From: Puniceicoccales bacterium
GTDB lineage: Bacteria; Verrucomicrobiota; Verrucomicrobiia; Opitutales; JAIRLM01
NCBI GenBank assembly: GCA_031268315.1
Contig: JAIRXK010000021.1
Location: 8,859-72,858, forward strand
Direction: 5' to 3'
Length of the DNA stretch: 64,000 nucleotides
The notes beneath the pieces are model-generated. The model was not told where the DNA came from. It ran no database searches and saw nothing but the letters and a program-made list of their open reading frames with translations. Positions 51,985 through 61,700 of the stretch are shown one piece after another (position 1 is the stretch's first letter; each line of letters opens with the position of its first letter). A program made the translations under genes and the position numbers.

Positions 51985-53367
51985 TCACTTACCGATGCAA
52001 AACTTGTTAAATATCTGATCTAAAATAGTTTCCGTTGTCTCTCGACCCGTAATTCTTGCCAATCCGTGGAGGGCGTAGTTGATTTTTGCTGCCACAAATT
52101 CCGGAGACGCTCCTTCCTTTACCAGAGACTTTGCGGCGTTTAACTCGCCAATGGCATCCAATAGGCATTCCCTGTGGCGTGCATTGACCACACAGGGAGC
52201 CCCGTCGGGCACGATTTGATTCGATTTCAATGTGTCAATTATTTGCTGTCTTAGCGCCGCCATATCGCCGCAATCGAGCGCAGAAACGGAAACCTTTGGC
52301 CAAGGAATACCTGGGAGCATTCCATCGTCAATAGCCCGCGGAAGATCCCTTTTATTGAGAACAATGAGGCCGTTTTTTTCCATCAAAATTTCCCCGAGGG
52401 AATCGTCCAAATTTTCCAAAGGAACGGAACCGTCAAAGATGAGCAGCACAAAGTCGGCAAAGCGCAATTTTTCCAAGCTGCGCCGCATGCCTAGCCGCTC
52501 CAACATGTCCTTCGACTGCCGTATTCCCGCCGTGTCAATGATGCGCAAACACCAGTTGTCGACGGAAATGAACTCCTCTAAAAAATCACGGGTAGTGCCG
52601 GGAATGTGGCTAACCAACGCCCTTTCCTTTCCTATGAGCCCATTGAGAATGCTGCTCTTTCCGCCGTTTGGAGGCCCAATGAGCACCGTTCCAATGCCGC
52701 AGTCCAGCAGCGGCCGATAGCGGGCCGTCGATTCGAGGTATCCCAATGTGGCTTGGGCATCTTCCAGCGCAGCGATGGTGGAGTCGTCGCCGCCGTCGGG
52801 CAGGTCTTCCTCGGGAAAATCGATGCGGGATTCCCACTGGGCAGCGACAGCAAAGAGCGCATCCATGACTCCGTTGATCTTCCTTCCCAGCACGCCGGCC
52901 AGCTGATTTTGAGCCACACGCAAGGCCGCCTCACTCTGGGCGTGAATCGTATCGCCCACCGCCTCCGCCTGGGAGAGATCCATCTTCCCGTTAACAAATG
53001 CAGTGCGCGTAAATTCTCCCGGTTCAGCCAGCCGGCAACCGCGCTTGCACAGGTCCTCCAGTATTTTTTGGATAATGAATGGGTTGCCATGGCAGGAAAT
53101 TTCAAGCATGGACTCCCCCGTGTAAGAGTGGGGTGCAGCGTAGTAGGTGACAACCACCAGGTCCAGCGGAGTCCCATCCCGTGCCACATAGTTGCGCGCA
53201 TAGGCGCGGTGTGGCTGCGCACTTTCCAGGAAAAAAATTTCTTCGAAAAGAGACGGACACAGAGAGCCACTACACCGGATGACAGCGACACCGGAAATGC
53301 CGAACGGCGTGGACAACGCGGCAAATGCTGATTTGCTATCCATATTTATAGGTAGACACGCAGTCAA
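51985..53367 (-). CDS. mnmE: tRNA modification GTPase MnmE (TrmE)
   Basis: G1 GPPNGGKSS, G3 DTAG, G4 NKRD, C-terminal FCIGK. The start is possibly the ATG at 53343 (MDSKSAFAALSTP). Confidence 0.93.
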   Translation of the reverse strand: MTACLPINMDSKSAFAALSTPFGISGVAVIRCSGSLCPSLFEEIFFLESAQPHRAYARNYVARDGTPLDLVVVTYYAAPHSYTGESMLEISCHGNPFIIQKILEDLCKRGCRLAEPGEFTRTAFVNGKMDLSQAEAVGDTIHAQSEAALRVAQNQLAGVLGRKINGVMDALFAVAAQWESRIDFPEEDLPDGGDDSTIAALEDAQATLGYLESTARYRPLLDCGIGTVLIGPPNGGKSSILNGLIGKERALVSHIPGTTRDFLEEFISVDNWCLRIIDTAGIRQSKDMLERLGMRRSLEKLRFADFVLLIFDGSVPLENLDDSLGEILMEKNGLIVLNKRDLPRAIDDGMLPGIPWPKVSVSALDCGDMAALRQQIIDTLKSNQIVPDGAPCVVNARHRECLLDAIGELNAAKSLVKEGASPEFVAAKINYALHGLARITGRETTETILDQIFNKFCIGK

Positions 53368-53501
53368 TGGATTTGCCGGCCCATTACAAGTTGTTTCTGG
53401 AAGATATTTTTTGGGAAAAAATGAAAAAGTCTCCCCCGGAGGCGATTAAAAATTATTAAAAAAAATATTGAAAGAAATTTTCGGCGGGCAATGGTGCAGC
53501 G

Positions 53502-54617
53502 ATGGACCCACGCTACGAGCAATTGGCAAAAAATTTAGTTTTCTACTCCATGGATGTGCAACCGGGAGAGAATGTACTCATTAGCACCATCGCTGTGCCA
53601 GCGGAGATGATCATTGCGCTCATGCGCTGCGTACGCGAACGGGGAGGCGCACCGTTCCTTGATTCGATGGACGAGCGCCTGCGCCGGGAATTTCTACTCC
53701 ACGGCACAAAGAAGGAGATGGAATTGATCGGCGCCATGGAATTAAATCGGATTAGGCACATGCAGTGTGCAGTGATTATCCGCGGATCCGACAATATTTT
53801 TGAATGCAGTGATGTGCCGGACACTCAGCAGCGCCTCTACAACGACGCAGTCAAGGTCGCCTTCGACTATCGCGTCAATGAAACGCGCTGGGTGGTGCTG
53901 CGTTGGCCAAACAAATCCATGGCGCAAATGGCGCAAATGAGCACGGAAAATTTTGAAGAATTTTTCTTTCGCGTCTGCAACCTCGACCACAGCCGCATGC
54001 GGGAAGGCGCCGAGGCACTGAAGGCCCTGATGGAGTCAACGGATCGGGTGCACATCAAGGGTCCCGGCGTTGATTTGCAATTCTCAATTAAGGGCATTCC
54101 CGCCAAGCCCTGCATCGGGCACATCAACATACCGGACGGAGAGATTTTCACCGCCCCCGTAAAAGAAAGCGTGGAGGGCGTAATCGCCTACAATGCGCCG
54201 TCCGTCTACCGCAGTCAGCGCTTCGAAAATATCCGCTTCACATTCGAGCGGGGAAAAATCGTGGAGGCAACCGCCAATGATACGAAGGCCATTAACTCCA
54301 TCCTGGACAGCGATGAGGGCGCCCGCTACATCGGCGAATTCGCATTTGGTTTCAATCCATACATCCTTAGCCCAATAGGCGATATTCTCATGGACGAAAA
54401 AATTGCCGGATCCTTCCACTTCACCCCGGGACAGGCCTATAAAAATGATGCCGACAATGGAAATCGCTCCCAAATTCACTGGGACATCGTGTCCATTCAG
54501 CGGAAGGACTACGGCGGCGGCGAAATTTACTTCGACGGAAAACTCATCCGCAAGGACGGGCTGTTTGTCGTGCCGGGCCCCGATAGGCTAAATCCCGACC
54601 ATTTGCTGGAGGGCTAG
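53502..54617 (+). CDS. aminopeptidase, peptidase M29 (AmpS/PepS-like)
   Basis: 371-aa GC-rich ORF. The N-terminus MDPRYEQLAKNLV.YS..VQPGENVLI and the HWDIV motif near the C-terminus match my memory of this family. Not verified by a search. Confidence 0.7.
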   Translation: MDPRYEQLAKNLVFYSMDVQPGENVLISTIAVPAEMIIALMRCVRERGGAPFLDSMDERLRREFLLHGTKKEMELIGAMELNRIRHMQCAVIIRGSDNIFECSDVPDTQQRLYNDAVKVAFDYRVNETRWVVLRWPNKSMAQMAQMSTENFEEFFFRVCNLDHSRMREGAEALKALMESTDRVHIKGPGVDLQFSIKGIPAKPCIGHINIPDGEIFTAPVKESVEGVIAYNAPSVYRSQRFENIRFTFERGKIVEATANDTKAINSILDSDEGARYIGEFAFGFNPYILSPIGDILMDEKIAGSFHFTPGQAYKNDADNGNRSQIHWDIVSIQRKDYGGGEIYFDGKLIRKDGLFVVPGPDRLNPDHLLEG

Positions 54618-54619
54618 GT

Positions 54620-54640
54620 GCCCTCTGGGCCATTTTTTTT
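54620..54640 (+). terminator. weak candidate intrinsic terminator
   Basis: gccc-tct-gggc (only a 4-bp stem) followed by ca + T8, immediately after the stop codon. Confidence 0.3.
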
Positions 54641-54667
54641 CGCCGAAATTGCCATGAATTTCAAAAA

Positions 54668-55639
54668 ATGATTTTGGGCGAACGGTTCTCTTTTACACTG
54701 GGAATGGATTGCCATGGAATGCGCTTGGATGTAGCCCTTGCCCGCTCCTTCGAGGAAAAAAGTCGCACGCAAATTCAGCGGGCATGCCGGGAGGGACTCA
54801 TTCACTGCAACGGGATACCCATTGGAGCAAAGGCCAAGGTGTGCGCCGGACAGACGCTGACCATCCAATGGCTCAGCCAGGGCGAAATGGCGCTGCAGCC
54901 GAGGCAGATGGACTTGGAAATTCTCTACGAAGACGAGCACATGCTGGCCATTAATAAACCCAGCGGGGAGGTGGTGCATCCGGCGCCACACGTCGCCCAA
55001 TCCATCGTCGAAGCGGTTCTACATCACTGCAATGGCCAACTGGCAATGGCCGCGGGAAAGCATCGGCCCGGCGTAGTTCACCGCCTGGATAAAGGAACCT
55101 CCGGAGTGCTCCTATTTGCGAAAACGGACATCGCCTATCATCGCCTTAGCGGAATGTTCGGCAGAAGGGATGTGGAAAAATACTACGAGGCCCTTGCCCA
55201 CGGAAATCCCAAGGAAAAGGAGGGCACCATTCTTCTCCCCATTGGCCGCGATCTCCATTGGCGCACCCGTATGGCCATCCGCGAAAATGGCCGACCTGCC
55301 CACACCCACTGGCAATGCCAACGCCGCTACTCCAACGGCGTTATTCTACTATCTCTGCGCATTTACACGGGCCGAACCCATCAAATTCGCGTGCATCTTG
55401 CCTCCATGCGATGCCCCATTCTCGGCGATAGCACCTATGGATTTCTCAGCGAATGGCTGCCAAATTTGCACATTCCCCGGACCATGCTCCACAGCCACCG
55501 CATCGCACTGGAACACCCGATGACCCACGGACCGCTCCTCATTGAAGCTCCCCGCCCGCGAGACATGGAAATGCTGATTCGACTTTTCGCAGAAACGCCC
55601 AAATTACCGGAAACGACAGCAGGCACGCCGTACAATTAG
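54668..55639 (+). CDS. rluD: RluA-family 23S rRNA pseudouridine synthase (RluD-like)
   Basis: S4-like N-terminus (RLDVALARSF..SRTQIQRACREGLIHCNG). Catalytic motif HRLDKGTSGVLLFAKT. HQIRVH near the C-terminus. Confidence 0.88.
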   Translation: MILGERFSFTLGMDCHGMRLDVALARSFEEKSRTQIQRACREGLIHCNGIPIGAKAKVCAGQTLTIQWLSQGEMALQPRQMDLEILYEDEHMLAINKPSGEVVHPAPHVAQSIVEAVLHHCNGQLAMAAGKHRPGVVHRLDKGTSGVLLFAKTDIAYHRLSGMFGRRDVEKYYEALAHGNPKEKEGTILLPIGRDLHWRTRMAIRENGRPAHTHWQCQRRYSNGVILLSLRIYTGRTHQIRVHLASMRCPILGDSTYGFLSEWLPNLHIPRTMLHSHRIALEHPMTHGPLLIEAPRPRDMEMLIRLFAETPKLPETTAGTPYN

Positions 55640-55734
55640 GCTGAATAGCTCATCCTAGACATTTTAGTTGGATCTCATCCCAGTGAATTTTGAAAATCTT
55701 TACACTGCTACTCCACTTGCGCAGTTAAAAAAAC

Positions 55735-58700
55735 TCAAGCTTCCAGGGCCATTGGTTCTTTTTGCGGTGAAATAATTACTCTTGCATAGGCCAAACCCGT
55801 ACATATGAGAAAGACGACACCCGGCCCAAATATGACTATTTTTGCCGCAATCAAACCAAATGGCACGGCAATGGCCGCTAAAATTCCGCTTCCAAACACA
55901 CCAAAGAGTAGGAGTAAAGCCACTAAAATGCTCACCACTGTGGCAATGGCAAGACCAACGACTAAATATTGACCTTGCTTCGCTTTTTTTATTAGGGCTA
56001 CGCTGCTTATCGCCACTTTGATAGGGCTTTGATTTTGTGTATTTTCATTTTTAATTTGCATCCACTCTTCATTTACCTGTGAATTTTTCCTATCTATTTG
56101 CCAATCATCATTCTCCACTTGAATTTCCTCACTTATTTGCGTATTTGCGCTAGCGGCTTTGTTCAAAAGATCAAAATATTTCTGACGAAACATCTTCGAA
56201 ATTTCTCCATCACAGCAGTCCAATAGGCCAAGTTGCGCAGTGAGCAAATTTTGATTTTTGAAGAAAAAATTCATCTGCTTTTCTTCGGGTTTTTGCGAAA
56301 ATTTCACGTCGAATGCCTTTAAAAATTCTTCGGCAAATTCTTTACTAACAAATTTTTCCATGTCTTTTCTTTCACAAATCGTTCTAAGTAATTTCGAAAT
56401 TAAAAGTGGATTGTTTTGATATTTATTTAATAATTTCGTTAAGTCATCCGGGCTTAAATCGTTCAACGTATTTATGATGATATTATTTTTAAGACATATC
56501 AACATAGTATTCACTTCACTTTCACTGGTGACTGACAAAATAAAATCCAATATTTGCTGCTTCTGCATTTTGCAAAGTAAAAAAGCACACACGTAGTTAA
56601 AATTGCTTTGCTTGCATGATTTACTTTGACGATTATAATTGGAATCATTCCCGAAAGTTACATTAAATAACTTTTCCACAATCTCACAGTTGATGGCACT
56701 GCTCATTTCTTTATCCACAGAGATTCCATGAATAAATTTCGCATAAAGCTCCTTGAGATTATTAAATTCATATGGATCAAGTATTTCGATGAAATCAATC
56801 AGTGATGGATGCCGCAATTGATCATTTCCTTCGTTGGAAATAAGGGTGAGCAGTGCGACCATATTCGGATCTCTAATATCTTCTATTCTAGCAGAATCAT
56901 TGTTCAAAATAAAAGTACATATTTCTATTAGGAATTTCAATGAACTTTCATTGCGGCGCAACAGCAAACTAAGTATTTCCTCATCACTAAATTGTGCTAA
57001 AATATCTTTTATCAAATCTTGCCTATTACTTTCACTGCTATTTATTCTATTCATTAGTGCGGTTAATTTCTTGTTATCATTAATATGCTTTTTACCATAT
57101 TTTAAAACAGTTTTTAAAACATTTGCGCTTATGCTCCCTTTGCCACTTTCACTGAAAACCTCATCAAAAAATTGATTGATATTCATTTTCACTATTTCAT
57201 CGCCTTGGGCGCATAGTCCCGCATAGGCATTGGCTAAAATGCTATTGCCAACTTTTTCATTGCAAAGAATTTCCGCATTCTGAATTTTTTTACGGCATTC
57301 TTGTGCATCATTACTGCGTATCATAAGAAACTTATGAACGGCATCACTGTGCTCGTTGAAATTTCCCATTCCGTGGAGTATTTCGCAGGTTTTGTCTTCA
57401 TTTTTTAGCAATTCCGCAATTTCGCCGTTAAAAAAATTAGACATCCATTTAACGTCATTAAGGAACTCTATCACTTTCGCATCTAATTTAGCTCTAGTAT
57501 TGGCATGTGCATTGCCGTAGGCAGTGGCTAGATAGCAGTTAGTGAGTCGTCCACATTCAATAAGCTTTTTTATCTCACTTAGGTCATTTTTAGCAACAAA
57601 TACACATTTAATATCACTAGCATCTTCATTCCAAACAATGAGAACATCATCTGCGCAAATTTGCGATTTGTGAAAAACCGATAATTCGGCTTTTGTCGCC
57701 TGTAGGAAATTTTTTGAATAGTAAAATGAATTAAAAAATGGATTTTGAAAAAATTTTTCAAATGCACTAAACTCTTCCTTAATTTTCGAAAGTCCCATGG
57801 ACTGACTTCCATCTCCCGCAAATTTATGGAAATGCGCTGCAAGGGTTTGGAGATTACTATCTTCGCCATCACCGGACCATTGCTTTTGCAAATATTCATA
57901 TGCATTGCATTGGTTTGATTCACGCTGCGACAAGTGCTCAAATAGGCAAGTTGGGTTGCGTGAAATTGCGCGATCATTACAATTGCCTTCCTGCATAATA
58001 TTTTCCAATTCAACAAATTGCATTACACTCATTTCCTCATTTTGCTCCTGTTGCACACTCACTTCCACATGCGCTTCCTGCATCTCTTCAAGAATTGCAT
58101 CGGTATGCCCGAAATCTTCGCTGCCACTGCTGCCCAGCGGCACTAGGAATTTTTCATCTTCGGGTATGCGGTCCATGCTTTCAATTGCACGCGCGTTAAT
58201 TTTTTCAATATCACCCTGCATTTTTCCGTATTTTTCCTCTGAAAATTTGCCCTTTAATTTTTCTAGTATTTCGGTCATTCTCTGCATTTTTCTTGCAAAG
58301 TCATTCCCTACGACACCGCGGACTGATTTCAAACATTGCAAATATTTCCAATTGTTGAGTTCAAATAATTTTTCTTCAATGAGGAATTCCGAAAAGCACT
58401 TTCTTAGTTCGATTTGATTTTTACTTCCTTCATTTTCTATATCATCGACTAGCCATCCTTTAATTATCATTACTATCAATTCATGGAGCTGTATTTGCAC
58501 GGCCCGAGCGCGCTGTCTAATGGTGTCATGGGTGGTGTTATTTACGAGATGTTTAATAATACTAATCGACAATTCTTTCTGCCGAGACCCGCCGTAAAAA
58601 TTAGTGCCATCGCTGTCATTTTTTGCCGTTGGCTCTATTTCACTTAGTGCATCTTTACGGACAATTAAGTCCATTTTTTGCCCGGGACCACCGAGAAAGT

Positions 58701-61700
58701 GCCGCTCGCGCATGATACTCTGTGTAAATGCGCCCATTTCCATATTGTGCAAGTTTGCAGTCATCAGACCATGGCCGTCCTGCTTCATGGCGGGGTCGGA
58801 TCCAACGCTGTGTCCCGCATCGAGAAATGTGAAGATTTTATCCCTGCTCTTTGGCCGTTGATTTTCCGCATCATTTAAAACTGTTATTGGAAAATTGCGG
58901 TTTTCACTTTCGAGAATATTCCAAACTTCTGCAATGACAAATGCCTTAGCTTGAGGGTCATACCATTCTATATGTGTAACATCGAGCTCTGCGGAACGAA
59001 TAAATTCAGCGATATCGCAAATGACATCGCGGATTTCCTGGGATACCAGGAAGCACCCGCTGTCGACAATTATGCGGAGATTTTTAATCATAGCCTCTGC
59101 ATTTACACTGGCATCTGCGCCATTTTCATGCGCTCTCCGAATATCCTTCGTCCATTGCTGCAGCAATTTTTTGGCGGTCAGAATGGGCTCGTCGTTTGAA
59201 GTTTCTTCCCCTTCATCAATCATCGTTTCCGGCGCTATGGCATGGATGTGGGAACGCTTATTTTCGTTATTTTCCACAAATTTTGAACATACGGCACCCA
59301 ATGAACCTTGCTGGGGACTATAATTATCCTTCATGCACAGCGGAAATGCACTTCGATTGTAGGTGGTTCCAGTCGCGCCAATGGCCGATTGAAACACATT
59401 TTCTATGATCGCGGATGGGGATGTGCCATAGGAGGATGGATTCCAAACGGCAGCATTCATACAAATTTCTCGAATGAGTGCAATCGTGACCGCGTGACCT
59501 TCCTGAGTTTGCGCGTATTGGCCAATTGCCTCCAAAATATCATTTGGAATGTAGGGATTACCTCTATCATCAGTTTTGACTATATTTGCTAAATCTATCA
59601 CATCTTCACCAAATTGGCAATGCTTAAAATATTCTTTGAACAATTTATTAGACTTAGAAAGATTAAGTTTAATTCCCGCAGCAACTTCTCTATGCATTTG
59701 TATGTTAAATTCGATAATAAATTCTGAAATTGCTTTCTTAGAAAAACCTTCGACCATGGCACTTAGACATGAAAAGCAAATTATTTCCCACGGGTTTTGA
59801 AATTTGCTCATCGACGGCTTAGAGTTTGCATAGGGTACCACATTTCCCGTTTCGGGATCATAGCCAAAATCTTTATTATAAACCTTCTGAAAGCAATGCG
59901 GAATGAAATGGGTAACCATTGCCCGCAGGGCAAGGATGGATTTCAATTGATCGGATCCAAATTGCTCGATAATGTGATGAATTCTTTCCTGCTGCGCTTC
60001 AACGCTGAGATCATTTTCAGACAACCCATCCAATTCACCGGCCATAAATTTAATGAGCAATTCCTCATCATCCTCGCTGAGCATTTTCGCATTTTCTGAA
60101 CTCAATTTCATCGCATTTAGCTTATTTCTAATTGCTTTTTTTAATTGATTGTGCAACTCTTGTTGAGCAATCAAACTTTGCTGGTTGCATCTACATGCAG
60201 CTAATAGCTCCTTTGGCAAATAATTAAATATAAAATCTGTGACAGCATTAATTTCATTTTTCTCAATACTTTTTATATTTTTTTCCCCGTTTGGCGCCGC
60301 CTCAACAATGAATGCCTCCTTTGGATTGGCAGTGAGGTGAATTTCATCAAATATGCCGGTGCACTTTTTTAAAAGCTTCATGACCTCTAAATACTCCGAA
60401 AGATACTTTTCCATGCCTTCATCGGAATTCGCTTCGTATGAATTGAAAAGCGTGAGCAGTGCCATGAGGTCACTGGATGTAAATACGGGTATGTGGGTTC
60501 TTTTTTTCATCATATTTTTTAATTTCCTGCGAAAAAATTGCATTCCCTTCACTGATCTCAGGCTTTGAAAATCCAATTTAATTGCCTCAACGCCAATCTT
60601 TAGCTCACTAAAAATTGCGGGCAACTCCTTGATCACGGAAGAAAGCTGGGTCGAGTGAGATACGATGACGGGATAGCCAAAATAGTGACTATCACTGTCA
60701 TTTTCTCGCTTTTTCCTCATATAGAGCCCCATGAGCACCAAAGCGGGAATGAGGGCCTTTGACTTTCCGCTTCCCATGAGCTGCTGAATAAGTGCGCCTG
60801 TCGCTATCTCATCTCCACTTTTATTTCCATTCTGAACTGCCTGAAAAATGAAGTATATTTTTTCTATTTGATCGGGGCGTAGGCGAATTTGCGACATCAT
60901 TTCCAAAATAAGCGAAAATCGATGGATCATTTTGCGATGCATTCCACTTTCGGTTTTGTCGAATTTGCCCAATTGGCTGTCGCGGAAAGAGCGAATGAGT
61001 GAAGCGGCCATACCCCACGTAATGCCATTTTTATTCTTCACAAATGCGTTCAATGCATCCATGGTCTTTTGAATATGCCGCATGGAATTTATTCTGGAAA
61101 TATAATTTTCAATTAATTCATTAAGGCGATCTAAATTTTCAGCTTTAAAACTTGGGTTATTCCCATGAATGTAATCGAGCGCCTTCTTCCTATGCCCCCC
61201 AGCGTAGTATCCAAATATGTGGTGAATGACTTCGGAAATATTCGCCGACCTCCACTTGCCGGCGCCAAATGTACTTTCGTATTTTCCAGCGTATAGCAAA
61301 TTGCTGATTTCACTGAGAAATTCAGGAATTACGTCGCATAAATTGCTCCTTTGAACTTCGAGAAATGCTACAAAGTTAGTCACCTCGTCTTCGCCTATGT
61401 TTCTAAAAAAATCTTCCTTTAAAAATGGATCATTTTGCCTCTTGGCTTGCTCTTGCGCCCCAAGATTCATTTCCTCTTCAAAGGATTTCATGTCCTCCTG
61501 AGCTTCGATACCTTCGCTGGAATCTATTCCTTCCGCTATGTCATAGTGCGGTGCTGGAGAGTTACTTTCGTCCGGCGAATCGAAAATATTCCCCTCTCCA
61601 TCGCCGTCATTTATTTTTACTTTGAAAGTTTTTTTTGCCATTTCCACTACGTCCGCTTCAACGGTATTGCAACTGCTAAACTTTTCGTCCAACGCAGCGC

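Noticed and set aside
52606-53331. 241-aa plus-strand ORF and 230-aa alternative-frame minus-strand ORF inside mnmE; similar shadow ORFs inside mutS (for example 14503-15036), the aminopeptidase and rluD
   Set aside because: These are GC-rich genes with few stop codons in off-frames. The annotated frames carry unambiguous family motifs (GKS/DTAG/NKRD/FCIGK, GDFYELF and so on), and the shadow ORFs carry none.
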